64,000 bases of DNA from the NCBI GenBank assembly GCA_951406725.2, contig OX597827.1, positions 77,624,001 through 77,688,000 on the forward strand. The letters are read 5' to 3'. Positions 18,329 to 32,218 of the stretch are shown here, one piece after another. Positions within the stretch are counted from its first letter, which is position 1; every line of letters begins with the position of its first letter. The position numbers and the translations under genes are program-made. The notes beneath the pieces are model-generated. The model searched no databases. It saw only the letters and a program-made list of their open reading frames with translations, and was not told the origin of the DNA. Source of the stretch: Octopus vulgaris (taxonomy: Eukaryota).

Positions 18329-18630
18329 TATATATATATATTTATATATATCAGCGCTGCCTTGACCGGCTTCTGTGTCAGTGGCACATAAAAAGCACCA
18401 ACCGATCGTGGGCATTGCCAGCCTCCCCTGGCACCTGTGCTGGTGGAACATAAAAAGCACCCACTACACTCACGGAGTGGTTGGCGTTAGGAAGGGCATC
18501 CAGCTGTAGAAACTCTGCCAGATTAGACTGGAGTCTGGTGCAGCCTTCCAGCTTGCCAGCCCTGGTCAAACCGTCCAACCCAAGCCAGAATGGACAGTGG
18601 ACATTAAATAATGATGATGGTGATGATGAT

Positions 18631-18661
<31 letters not shown>

Positions 18662-18662
18662 A

Positions 18663-18708
<46 letters not shown>

Positions 18709-19683
18709 GACATAAACATTGATATCCTGTACTGCTCCTCCGCCACCATCATTATGATCATCATTGTTCTACCAATTGCTTTCTCATATAGACAAATGTA
18801 TGTCCATGTGTGTATGTATGTACAGACACACATGCACACACATATACACACAAGCATACACACATATATGTGTGTGTGTGTGTGTTTGAGCCTGTGGATA
18901 GACACATGTATATTTAATTGTAGTCACAGCTATACACACACACTCACACACACACACTCATTTATACAAACGCACACACACATGCACACTCACACAGGCA
19001 AATATAAACAGACACACCCATTCACATCTGTGCCAATGTGTGTGCTCTGCAAACATTGAGTTACAAACACAGAGAGAACAGACCTGAACAAAGACACACA
19101 GACACACACACAAACAGGCACACACACACACACATACACAAGCACACAGACATACACATGCACAAGCACACAGACACACACACAGAGATACACACACACA
19201 CATGCACACACACACGCACACACACACGCACACACACACACACAGATATGCTCAGATACATAAACACACACATACAAACATACAGAACACGTACATAGAA
19301 ACACACACAAACTCCTTCTCACACACACACACACGTGCGCGTGCGCATAGAACCTCCCCTGCAACACATGCTTACACACACACACAAACGCATGCACACA
19401 TGTATACAACGCCCCCCCCCCCCTTGCAACACACGTTCACACACTCATTCAAACATACAAACACACACACACACACACATATACAACTACCCACTTGCAA
19501 CACATGCTCACACACTCATTTAAACACACGCACACACACACACACCCCATTAAGGTACCCCACTACTCAAAGCAAAGTAGGTCGCCTCTAGGTATTCAAT
19601 CTCCACCTCTGTTGCTTTTCCATTATGTTTACCACACTGTTTCACTGTATGGCTGACAGGCTGTCTGTCTGTGTGTGTGTGTA

Positions 19684-19722
<39 letters not shown>

Positions 19723-20463
19723 CAGAGGTTTTGGGTGGTTTCTTTAGTCAGCTAGCTACCCTTTTCTTTCTTTTTCTTTTTCTCTTTCTTTTCCCCTCTT
19801 CTCTCTTGCACACACACACACACACGCACACAAACATGCACACACACATGCACACAAACATGCAAGCATTAACGCACACTTACACGCGTGCACAGACACA
19901 TCGAAACACACAGCCACATGCGAACACATATACACATCTACATGCGCACATACGCATGCATGCATGCACAGACAACACCCAAACCTATATACTTATACAC
20001 ACATAAACGCACACATAGACACACACACACACATGTACACAACTATATAGACACATACATCTATGCATACACACACACATCCATGCATAAATATACACAC
20101 ACAAGTACATAGACACACACATCCATGCATACATATACACACATACATACATGCATACAACTACAGAGACACATACATCCATACACACACACACACACAC
20201 ATACACATATGCACACAACTACATCGACACACACACATCCCTTCATACACACACACACCCACAACACATCCCCACACACCCACAGACATGTACATTAAAT
20301 GTTTAAAGCAAACTGTACAAATACTCAATACCAGAGTACAGTATAAAATCAGTGGCTCCTACCGTTTTCAGTATAAGGGCCAGGTCCCAAAACCTGGATG
20401 CTTTTTAAGGGGCTGCACCCAAAAGTGTACAACACAAGTTAATTAAAGAAAATTTCATTATAT

Positions 20464-20840
20464 TTAGTTAGTTAGTTAGTTAATTTTTTGGCTCAAAAAG
20501 CAAAAAGCAAGGCCATGTAGGGGGACATGGAGTTATGTACAGGGTGGTGTTCATGTAAAGAGTTCAGGCCACTTGTGGTCAAGGGAGACTTTGAACCGAG
20601 CGGTTGTCGGCATCTTCACCATCTCATCCGGCAGCTTATTCCACGGATCCGCAACCCGGACGGAGAAAGCCCCTCTCCTTCGATTGAGATGAAATCTTCG
20701 CAGATAGAGCTTTTCAGAGTGACCCTGCAGCCTACGCTCTGGAGCAGGAGTGAAGAACAGCTCCTTCGAGAGGTTACACTTTCCGCTTAGGATGTTGTGG
20801 GCAAGAATGAGATCACCACGGCGGCGGCGTTTTTATAGAG
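20464..20840 (-). mobile_element. CR1-clade LINE 3' end (ORF2 C-terminus, 3' UTR and (TAAC)n tail)
   Basis: Minus-strand translation KRRRRGDLILAHNIL...QGHSEKLYLRRF...AFSVRVADPWNKLPDEMV...FKVSLDHKWPELFT* (stop 20551-20553). These are typical CR1 C-terminal motifs. Tail seen as ttagttagttag. Confidence 0.88.
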
Positions 20841-21300
20841 GTGAGACCGTTGGGGACCAACAGAAGGATGTTTAAGGGCCACAAGCTGCCCTGAGAACTG
20901 GAGCTGAGTACCACCAATGTAAGCATTTGGTGTAAAGCTGTGATTTCTCTAAGCTGTGACTCAGAGTTTCAGGTGAGAAATGAGTTCTCACCTGAAGACC
21001 AAAATGGTTGGAAACAGGAGCTGTGAGATAAATAGTTTGAATAAACTCTATACACATTCAGAATTTGACTCTTACCATTCAACGAGTTTTTTAAACCAAT
21101 GTTTATGTTCTGTTATTTATAGCCTTATCTGCTACAAGTTTCAGTATTGCGCATGTAATATAGTATAGATGTATATATCAATCCCACTGCATGGCACCTT
21201 GGGCAGGTGTCTTCTACCATAGCCTCAGGCCGAGCAAAGCCTTGTGGATGGGTTTGGTAGACAGAAACTGAAAGAAGCCTGTCATATATATATATATATA

Positions 21301-21772
21301 TCATCATCATCATCATTTAACATCCGTTTTCCATGTTAGCATGGGTTGGATGGTTCGACCAGGGTCTGGGAAGCCAGGTGGCTGCGCCAGGCTCCAGTCT
21401 GGTTTGGCAGTGTTTCTACAGCTGGATGCCCTTCCTAACGCCAACCACTCCGTGAGTGTAGTGGGTGTTTTTTATGTGCCACCGGCACAGGAGCCAGTGC
21501 AGGCTGGCAAATGGCCACAATCGGTTGGTGCATTTATGTGTCACCGACATGGACACCAGTCAGGTGGCGCTGGCATCTGCCATGTTCAGACGGTGCTTTC
21601 TATGTGTCACCAACATGGGTGTCTTAACTACAATTTCCATTTGATTTTTATTTTGATGTTGATGTACTTGACTCAATAGGTCTCCTCAAGAACAGCGGGT
21701 CACTCTACGATCCAAGGTTAGCACAGCAGGCCATCCTGCGAGCCATGAGCTCACTTCATTTGTCGGGTCTTC
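21301..21772 (-). mobile_element. RTE-type 3' end inserted into the internal (TA)n tract of a CORE-type SINE
   Basis: (CAT)n tail then ctacagctggatgcccttcctaacgccaaccactcc. It is flanked by the 5' part (21180-21300) and 3' part (21773-22035) of a SINE. Confidence 0.75.
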
Positions 21773-23420
21773 ATATATATGTATGTATATATCTGTGTGT
21801 GTGTGTGAGTCTTTGTGTCTATGTTTGTCCCCCCACCCCCACTGACAGCTTCACAACCGGTGTTGGTATGTTAACATCCCCGTAACTACATGGTTCAGCA
21901 AAAGAGACTGATAGAATAAGCACCAGGCTTCAAAGAAATGTCTTAAGGTCAATTTGTTTAACTAAAACCCCATAAGGTGGTGCCCCAGCATGGCCACAGT
22001 CAATAATGACTGAAACAAATAAGATAAAAGATAAAAGATATGTATATATTTACCATTGGTCCAGCCATTTGACCATGAAGAGGGAGCAGACAGACAGATG
22101 GCAGACTGGACATAACACCCATTATAGTAAGATTTTATATAAATAAACTTGAACCAGCAGCAGTTGAGTGTGTTACTCAGTATAGAATGAATACTAAAAA
22201 CAGAATATGGTAAAATGCAATGGGAAACTGGATGTGATCCAGCAGTGCTCTCAAAGTCATTCACCTGATGACATGCGGGTACACAACTACTGCTGGGCGA
22301 TGTTTATTGATATAATATTTTATGTAACATTATGATAACAGCTGTTACCAATGCACAGAAACAATTGTTGTGATTTGTGATTAAAACCTGTTCATTCCAT
22401 CTTGTTTGTTTATGAAAATTTCTATAAGAATTATGTGTACACTAATGGATTTCCACAGTAGAAAGAATCCTGATGTATGGTGGCATATGGTAGCCAATAA
22501 CTGTAAAGGAGATTTGAAATGCATGTCAAGAGGAGGTTGTTACCCAGGCTTGGCTGTGTGGCAGGAAGCTTGCTTCACAACCACATGGTTCTGGATTCAG
22601 TCCCACTGCATAGCACCTTCAGCAAGTGTCTTCTACAATAGCTTTGGGTCAACCAAAGCCTTGTGAGTGGATTTGGGAGACAGAAACTGAAAGGAGCCTG
22701 ACAAGGAATGAGAACCCAGGTTAGAAATTTCCCCAAGACACCTGATGAAGGCTGGAGGGTATATCAGCCAAAACGTTGTGTTAGCAACAAACAAGATGAG
22801 GACAAATTTTGTGGATATCGATTTTTGAATTGATAAATCACCTTTGCATTTTTATCAAAAATTCACCGACCACAAGTAACTCTGGATTTTCATTATTATA
22901 GTTCATCGTAGATATGAAGGGGATCATGAGGACAGTTGAAAGTGAAACTAAAATGGAATAAGTGTGTCAGTATATAGTGGGTGTGTGATTATTTAGTGGT
23001 TATTGAAGTGTGTCAGTCTAGAGCAGGGTTCAAAACGGTTAACTAAAACGGCTGTTTTTTACATCTCAGTTTTGTCAATCAAAATAACCCATGGTACCAG
23101 AACATCCAGACCTTATTTGTATAGAATAGAGAGAGGTAAGCCTCAGTTTGATATTTTTGCAGCTCTAAAGATCCCACTCAAGCATTCACAGTAAATAAGG
23201 CACAGGGTTAGACTTTAGATCTTGTAGGTGTATTTTACTCACTCGTATGTTTACACATGGCCAGTTATACGTCGCTATGAGTAGACCCCAGTGGTTTGAA
23301 AATTAGTGTTGACCAAACAGAAAATGTCATCTACAAAAAAGTTTTTTTTAATCATATGAATATAATCAAAATGAATATGATTTATAACTTACATAAAGAA
23401 ATTTGTGAACTTTGAATATA

Positions 23421-23728
23421 TCTTTATATATAAAACTGAAGTTGTGTGTGTGTGAGTATGTCTCCTCCGATTTAGATTCCTAACTACTCCCACATTTGGT
23501 GGTGTAGTTTAACCAAAAGCAGGTATCTTATAGTCGTGATTCATATCAAGCCCTTCTGGGTATTAGGACGCGTCTACGATGAGTCTACGATGATAAAAAA
23601 ATTTACCATCATATTTTCGCATTTTTAATGCATTTTTTGCTCGGTTTATATAAGGGAAGTAACTCTCTAAAAGTGCTTATATAGTTATTTCCCTTACAAA
23701 CCCGAGCAACGCCAGGCGATACTGCTAG
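23421..23728 (+). mobile_element. Non-autonomous Helitron
   Basis: Inserted between A and T; 5' TCTTTATATATAAAA followed by (GT)n; subterminal hairpin CCCGAGCAACGCCAGG; 3' CTAG at 23725-23728; no TSD. Confidence 0.85.
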
Positions 23729-24115
23729 TAAGAGTATAAACAAGTGTAAAATAGTGTAAACAACTAAAATAAAAGTATATCTAAATAACATGTTTTTCTT
23801 AATACTTTTTTATATAGTGGTCGAAAGGAAGCTCTGGCTTTCATTAGGAATGGTCCACATAACCATTCATGATACAGAGGCTGGGAGCCTATTTCAGTTC
23901 AGAAGTGAATCGTCATCACATCTCAGTCACAAACACATGTCATATAGCTGCAAAAGAATGCTGTATCACCAACAATAATGTGATTTCTCTAAGACACCAC
24001 CCAGTAATCTATCGAATCCATTTACACATTTCTCAACACATACTGCTGTTATGACTTCCTTCCCTCATTTTATGCTTCCATTGTAGATAGGTAGATTTGC
24101 TATTTTATATAATAA

Positions 24116-24471
24116 CTAGCAGTATTGCCCAGTGTTGCTTGGGTTTGTTTCGACCCTTTAGAATTGGAATTTTTGAAAAGTAAAAATTTTGCATTATGCA
24201 ACTTGTTATTCTCTTTAAGTGAACATTTTTCTGGTTGAAATACACCGAAAAATGGTGACACAGCAGTCAAAAAGTCGTAAAAAATAGAGATTTTCATAGA
24301 AAAAAAAGCACCTGTTTGAATTTTTTCTTCCACGGAAGGAAGAGCAAGCCTTCTTCTATCATACTGTCAATTTTGGTCAACTTGCACCGCAGGGTCTCGG
24401 AGGAGATAGGGTTAGTTGAAGGCTACCAAACCTGCCACACACAGACAACTTCAGATTTATATATACAGAGA
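24116..24471 (-). mobile_element. Non-autonomous Helitron (related ends, different interior)
   Basis: Minus strand reads A|TCTCTGTATATATAAATCTGAAGTTG ... CCCAAGCAACACTGGG CAATACTG CTAG|T. Confidence 0.85.
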
Positions 24472-24479
24472 TATGTACA

Positions 24480-24660
24480 ATATGGAAAAAAGTTGTGAGC
24501 AGCATGAAAAAAAGTACTGAGGATTCAAAGTTGATGATGCCCATGAAAGAGATAAACTTAGAAAGACATGGAACAATGAGGTGAAAATTAATCTCAAGAT
24601 GTTGACCCTCAAAAAAGAGATGACAGGTGACCATGACAACTGGCAACAATGTGATGTACA
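24480..24660 (+). mobile_element. Old RTE ORF2 C-terminal relic
   Basis: RKTWNNEVKINLKMLTLKKEMTGDHDNWQ resembles the RTE terminal helix seen at about 56270. Confidence 0.55.
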
Positions 24661-24991
24661 GATTTAACCTGAAAGTGGTGATGTAGAGGTCACTGGATTA
24701 GTGTATGCATTGGTGACCAGTGTCAAGATAACCTTTGTTATGCCAATGACATCATGCTGATCCCTATGCCATTGGCTGGACACCAGAGACTGATTGACAA
24801 GTGACAGATTATCACCAAGAAGACCAGGTTCAAGCAGCAGCAGGGGGCCAAATCAGTTTGGTCAAGCTAGAGCAGGTTGACATGTTTAGGTATCTGGGTT
24901 CCATTGTTGACCAAAACTGTGGACCACAGCCAGGATATTAGAGCAAAACTTGCTGCAGGAAGACCAACCCTGAGGGAACTCAATACAACAT

Positions 24992-25345
24992 GGAGTGGCT
25001 GTGTGGTACCAGCCACGTGGTTCCGGGTTCAATCCCACTGCATGGCACCTTGGGCAAGTGTCTTCTACTATAGCTTCGGGTTGACCAAAGCCTTGTAAGT
25101 GAATTTGGTAGACGGAAACTGAAAAGAAGCCTATCGTATATATGTATATGTATACATATGTGTCTGTGTTTGTCCCCCACCAACATCGCTTGACATCCAA
25201 TGCTGGTGTGTTTACATCCCAATTAACTTAGCAGTTCGGCAAAAGAGACCGATAGAATAAGAACTAGGCTTACAAAGTCCTGGGATTGGCCCGACTAAAG
25301 GTGGTGCTCCAGCATAGCCACAGTCAAATGACTGAAACAAGTAAA
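24992..25345 (+). mobile_element. CORE-type SINE
   Basis: Same family. Other partial or diverged copies lie at about 10375-10505, 11560-11720(-), 18028-18185(-), 21180-22035, 22545-22700, 33880-33995(-), 34250-34410, 37720-37875, 39805-40118(-), 59010-59170(-) and 60613-60880. Confidence 0.8.
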
Positions 25346-25389
25346 AGAGTAAAGAGTAAAAGAGTATACATATATACATATACAAACAT

Positions 25390-25442
<53 letters not shown>

Positions 25443-26316
25443 TCTATATATATATAAAGGTGTGTATGTGTGTATGTATATATATATATATAAGCTTGCG
25501 AATATACATATACACATATAAGTAATACATATAGTGTCCACACACAAACACACACATACACCTCACATACGTGTGTGTGTGCGTGTGTATATGTGTGTGT
25601 GTGTGTGCAAGTGTTACACTGATATACTTATTCTCAAGGTGACTAGAATGTAAGCTAAGCATCGAACATGCCATCAGACACGATGCAATGCACGTGTGTG
25701 TGTATGTGTGTGTGTGTGGGAGTGCGTGTGCGTGTGTACGTGTACCTGCGTACCAGTATGTGTGTGTGTGTGTACGCGCGTGCGTGTGCGTGCACGTATG
25801 GAAGTTCTTTCAAAGTGCCCTGACCTCAGCCAGCCAGCCAGCCATTATGTTATCCAGTGCTAAATTCTATATTGTAGACTCCACACACACACACACACAC
25901 ACACCTCTGTCTGTCTGTCCCACTCACACTCTCTCAGTCTCACTCTCACTCTCTCTCTCACTCTCACTCTCACTCTCTCCTTCTCTCTGCGGGGTTCAGT
26001 CGTAATAAATAATGCATGCCTCGTTGTTCCGTCGTACCCATGTCTCGTTCTTCCCATTTTACAGTCTGTGACATCGAAACCTCCTGGTGTGCCAAGTTAT
26101 TGTCCACACCAGTTCAGTTCCTCTCCCTTTTTTTCTCATGACTCATCCGATCCTTTCTTTGTCCCCTGGCTATCCTTCTGTCTCTCTCACGACATTCGCA
26201 ACCAACACTAAACCAGCCAGCCACGAATTTTTTTTTTTTACGTCAATCTTCAACACACGGACAGACAGACATTGATGTCTGCCAGACAGACGGTTCTCTT
26301 TAACTGCACAGGACCA

Positions 26317-26396
<80 letters not shown>

Positions 26397-27235
26397 CACA
26401 CACATACATACACTCACATACGCACACACACTCTCACACACATACATACACTCACACACACACTCACACACACACAAACACACACACACACACATACACT
26501 CACACACACACTCACATACATTCACTCACACACACTCTCACACACACAAACACACACACACACTCACATACACATACACACTCTCACACACATACATACA
26601 CTCACACACACTCTCACACACATACATACACACACACACACACACAAACACGCTCTCTCTCACACACACACACTCTCACACACATACATACACTCACACA
26701 TACACACACAAACACACACACACACACACACACACATTCAGTTTCTTGGAACCTCACATTATTAATATTGTGTTGCTGCTGTTGTCCTTCTAGTCCCAAG
26801 TCTGGCCTCATTGAGCAAACGTATGACCAAAGGCATTCCAGCCGTGACCGTTCCGACTTTTTTCTGTTTGGTCTTATAGTTATAATGTACCTTACACTCC
26901 ATTATCCGATGTACCTTTAGTTTATTTTAGAAGAGGTGTGATTTCTGCGAGATTTAACTATTATTTCTAGCATGTCGAATGAACACGTAGTGGTCCCTTT
27001 AAAGAGGTGTGTTTCGTGTGGAGGTGGGGGAGAAATGGGGAGGGGCTGGGTGGGGGTGAATTTTATCTTTCTATTTTTCTAAAATTCTTTCTAATTTTAA
27101 AACGAGGTCAATCGGTACTTTTATTTTATTTTAATTTACCCCATAAAGGATGAAAGGTAAAGTTAGTTTCGGCAGGATTTGAACCCAGAATGTAAAGAGC
27201 TGGAAAAAAATGCTGCTTGACATTTTGTCTGAGAT

Positions 27236-27623
27236 ACTCTTTACTCTTTTACTTGTTTCAGTCACTTGACTGTGGCCATGCTGGAGCACCGCCTTTAGTT
27301 GAGCAAATCAACCCCAGGACTTATTCTCTGTAAGCGTAGTACTTATTCTATCGGTCTCTTTTTGCCAAACCACTAAGCTACGGGGACGTAAACACACCAG
27401 CATCAGTTGTCAAGCAATGCTAGGGGGACAAACACAGACACACACACACACACATATGTATTATGGGCTTCTTTCAGTTTCCGTCTACCAAATCCACTCA
27501 CAAGGCTTTGGTCGGCCCGAGGCTTTAGTAGAAGACACCTGACCAAAGTGCCACGCAATGGGATGGAACTGGGAACCATGTGGTTCGTAAGCAAGCTACT
27601 TGCCCCACAGCCACTCCTACGCC
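27236..27623 (-). mobile_element. Full-length CORE-type SINE
   Basis: Same family, reverse orientation. Confidence 0.82.
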
Positions 27624-27937
27624 TATATGCTAACAATTCTGTCTGCTTGCCTAAAATAGTGGTCACTACGACACTGTGGTCACTATGATATGGTCCCTAG
27701 ATGTACCTATGAAGCTATGGCCATTATTATGCAACTGTTACTCTGATACGGTCTGCCTGGAATCTTAAATATGCTTGGTAGAGTGGAGAGACATGGACAG
27801 GCAAACAGAATAGGTATGTGTGTGTATATGTGTACGCATGTTGGCATGTGTGTATGTATGTATGTGCGTGTATATATGTATATAGGTAGATACATAGACA
27901 GACGGACAGTCAAACAGCTAAGTAGATAAGATGATAG

Positions 27938-28123
27938 ATCGTTACCTCCTACACGCATTTTTTTCTCTCCTTGTTTTTCTCTGTGTATCTTTCTGTTGAA
28001 GAGCGTAGGCTCGAAACGTAAAACACTTTTTCTATTTCTATTCCTGAGCGCCATACTAATACATTGCTTGTTTGTACTCCACCTGTCTTCGCCTTTTGTT
28101 TATTTTCGTAAACTTTCCCTTTA
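27938..28123 (+). mobile_element. Penelope pseudo-LTR-like element with variant hammerhead (27988-28025)
   Basis: TCTTT-CTGTTGA-A-GAGC-gtag-GCTC-GAAAC-GTA-AAAcA; pyrimidine-rich body bounded by microsatellites. Confidence 0.62.
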
Positions 28124-28144
28124 TAAAGATATATATATATATAT

Positions 28145-28246
<102 letters not shown>

Positions 28247-28965
28247 GATAGATGAGATAGATAATTTGGTAAATAGATTTATTGCTAAGTTCATGCAGCT
28301 ATGTGAATAGTTATGTCAATGGCTAGGCAGGTAGATAGTTATTAATTATTAATTGCTATGAAGCTAATAAGCTGACCAGCCAACTTTTTTTCTACCTCTG
28401 ATTGAAGGAAATGACTGTAACAGCATTTTGAACACAGCCTACTAAACATTGCTTGTCACACCTGACTAGTTTGCAGAATGCTGTTGCGACATCAAGACTA
28501 TTTGAAAGTTCACTGTGCTATAAAGTTTTGAATTAACCCTTTCATTACCAACCCAGCTGAAACCGCCTCTGGCTCTGAGTACAAATGTCTTGTTTCCATA
28601 AGTTTTGAATTAAAAACTATTATTGTTATTATTGTTGACCTGAGGAGTGACTATACTTTTAAATTAAATTGTTTTTCAATTAAATTTAAATTTAATTGTA
28701 ATTCGAATTTAAATTATTGCCATGAAACGTACAAAGTCTTTTTACTTATTATATATTGTTTGTTCATTTTTGTACTTTTTGTGATCTAGTTATATGTTTT
28801 AAAATATATATCATTTTTATTTTATGATTTGGTTTCTGTCTATCATTGTTTGACTTGCATAATAGTGGTCTTTCTCTAATTTATAAATATTATATATTTA
28901 TATTGTGAAATTTGATTTAATACTAAATTGAATTTTTCCCTGTAAGTTTGGAGTTATACTCCCTA

Positions 28966-29031
<66 letters not shown>

Positions 29032-29184
29032 CATCATCATCATCATCATTATTATATATATATATATATCTATATATTACAAATAAGAAAATGGAGAAAC
29101 ACATTAGTTAGTTCATCAGCTTTAGGATATTAGAATGTTGTCTTATTTAATTAACAAAACTACAACCATAATAACATACATATA

Positions 29185-29330
29185 TCTCTATATATATAAA
29201 ACTGAGAATGTGTGTCTGTCTGTCTGTCTGTCTGTGTGTTTCCCTAAAACTTGAGAACTACACAACCAATTTCATTCAAATTTTACACATGCCTTACTGA
29301 AGGTCTGGGGAGTGTCATCGGCAAAAAAAT
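29185..29330 (+). mobile_element. 5' fragment of a non-autonomous Helitron
   Basis: A|TCTCTATATATATAAAACTGAG followed by (GTCT)n; the 3' end is replaced by a SINE fragment. Confidence 0.65.
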
Positions 29331-29419
29331 GTGGGACTGAACCCAGAACCATGTGGCTGGAAAGCAAGCTTCATACCACACACCTACTCCTGCACCTAAG
29401 ATATATATATATATAAATA

Positions 29420-29625
29420 TAGTTCAGATACACAGAAAACAAAAGATGAAGACTATTAAGGGAACAACAGGCAGACATATTAGTTTGACGCTTAGGATGA
29501 ATGGAAAATTCTTTGACATTTCGTGCCTAGGCTCTTTGGCAGAAAGGGTCGAGAGGGGAAAAAATGGAGGGTGAACGAAAAAAACGGAAAGAGGAAAAAG
29601 ATGTGTAGGGCTTCATGGTTCAACA
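29420..29625 (-). mobile_element. Penelope pseudo-LTR-like element with decayed hammerhead (29511-29546)
   Basis: Minus strand CTTT-CTGCCAA-A-GAGC-ctag-GCAC-GAAAT-GTC-AAAG. Confidence 0.55.
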
Positions 29626-30983
29626 TGTCATGTGTTTGTGTGTGTGTGTGTACGTATTGAAAGAGGAAGAGTTGAAATTTAGCTCCAAGTCATCACTGAA
29701 TAAGTAGACCTAAGAGGAAATGTGTTCCAGCCATGACCGTCCCATCAGTTATTCAGGCATCTTGTATCTAGTGCTATATGATCAAATGTAAGGAAACTTG
29801 GTTGTTATTTCTAGCAGTTTGAATGATCAGAAGAAGGTATAAAGGTAAAGTGTTGCCTAGGGTTAAAGGCAGATAGGGAAGAGGGAAGAAGGAGGAAGAA
29901 GGGCAGGTGATGTGTGTGTGAGAGAAGGGGGTTGGGTGAGAAGAGAGAGGGAGAGAGAGAGAAGAAGGAAAGAAGGGTGAGTGAAATAGAGTGGGAGAGG
30001 GGAGGGAGAGTAGAGGAGAGAAGGAGGAAGATCGAGAGAGAAAGAGAGAGAAAGAGGGAGAAAAAGAAAGAAAAAGTCAGAGAGAAAGAGGGAGAAGTAC
30101 CTCACTCAATGAAGGAAGCCATACAGTGTGTATATATGTATATAGGATCCAACTAAACAGTTTCTCAGTTTTACTTTTAACCTAACAAACTGTTTGGTTA
30201 GATCCTATATACACTCCTCTGCATGGCTTCTTTCCTATGTTGGTTTATTTTCTCTCTGTCAAACACACACACACACACACATGAACACACAGACACATAC
30301 ACACAGATTCTTTCTCTCTGACACATACTGTTTCAGTTCTTCCACTTCTCTCTTTCATTGAATATACATGTGCGTGTGTGTGTGTGTGTGTGTGCACGCG
30401 CGTGTGTGTGTGTGTGCCTGCGTGTGTGTGTGTGTGTGCACGCATGCGCGTGTGCATGCCTGCATCTGTGTGTGTGTGTGTGCATGTGCATGCATGTGTG
30501 TGTGCGTGTGCATGCCTGCATGTGTGTGTGTGTGCGTGTGCATGCCTGCATGTGTGTGTGTGTGTGTGTATAATCTTACAAATGGGCTTAGGTTCACTAC
30601 AGCTGTTTCAGACACATATTTCTTTTTATTAATGTATAAATCAAGTACAGCATCTAGAAAAACTGTTTTCTGCAGATGAATTAAAATTAACATATACAAG
30701 TCTTAACATTTAGGATTTTTTGCACAAAAACTAAGAATGTATTTTGACTCTCTTTCTGGTGTCAGTTGTGAGATGTTTATATATGTTATACATACATACA
30801 TACATATATGTATATATAAAATTATCATGAGGGTGCCGAATAATTACAATACCATTCTGTGAGAAACAGACCCCAAATGGTCTATGAACCATTTAGATTA
30901 TTACTCCACAACACAAGATTGTAAACGATGGTTAGGGTTATAATATAAATTAACCATTATGGTATTTTTAGTATGCTGACCAC

Positions 30984-31398
30984 TCTTTTACTCTTTTACT
31001 CTTTTACTTGTTTCAGTCATTTGACTGCGGCCATGCTGGAGCACCGCCTTTAGTCGAGCAAATCGACCCCGGAACTTATTCTTTGTAAGCCCAGTACTTA
31101 TTCTATCGGTCTCTTTTGCCGAACCGCTAAGTGACGGGGACGTAAACACACCAGCATCGGTTGTCAGGCAATGCTAGGGGGACAAACACAGACACACAAA
31201 CACACACACACACATACATATATATATATACATATATACGACAGGCTTCTTTCAGTTTCCGTCTACCAAATCCACTCACAAGGCATTGGTCGGCCCGGGG
31301 CTATAGCAGAAGACACTTGCCCAAGATGCCACACAGTGGGACTGAACCCGGAACCATGTGGTTGGTTAGCAAGCTACTTACCACACAGCCACTCCTGT
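30984..31398 (-). mobile_element. Full-length CORE-type SINE
   Basis: Reverse complement of 32804-33220 with (ctctttta)n tail. Confidence 0.85.
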
Positions 31399-31869
31399 GA
31401 TTTTATCCTAATTAGATATGTGTGTATATATCTTGTTTTTGTATACATTTGCTGCTTTCTTCCAAGGAATCTAATGCTCTTAGCTTAGTTTTCCCTTGGG
31501 GCTGGCGAGATTGGAGCAATCTCAAGTATAATCAGCTGAAATTGCAAGGATAATCTGGTACTTGACCGAGGAAAGAAAACTTCGAATGACCCGTCCTTGT
31601 TTTCTTTGTATCATCTATCTGGATGTTTTGTTGTCCCATTTTTGTATCACCTAGCTGTCCTGATGTTCTGCGTTCTTGTCCCATTTTGTATGTTTTATAT
31701 ATATATATATCGCGGCGTATGTACACTTTGGTCTCTTATATGTAAGCATAAATTTTTGTAAATCTTGTACGACTCTATTTCTTTCTATCAGCTCTTTTAC
31801 GCTTGTTCATTCATTCCACCAGTATAGTTGGGAAGTAGACTTATCACACAGCCGTGCCTGTGCCTATAT

Positions 31870-31916
<47 letters not shown>

Positions 31917-32218
31917 AAGGGTATCCAGCTGTAGAAAGCATGTCACAACAAACAATTCAGAGTTTGGACAGCTCCCTGGCTGGCCAGCTCCTGCCAAACC
32001 GTCCAACCCATGCCAGCATGGAAAATGGACATTAAATGATGACGACGACGACAATAATAAAGATGATGATGATGATGATTATGATTATGAACTTATATGT
32101 GTGTGTGTGTGTATATATTTATATAGATATATATAATATCATACTATGATATAATATATATAATATCATAATATAAATAATATATATATATATATATATA
32201 TGCGTATATACATATGTG

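Noticed and set aside
30440-30555. Cluster of TGCATG (Rbfox-type) motifs
   Set aside because: Explained by a mixed (GT)/(GC) microsatellite with CpG decay; no nearby exon.
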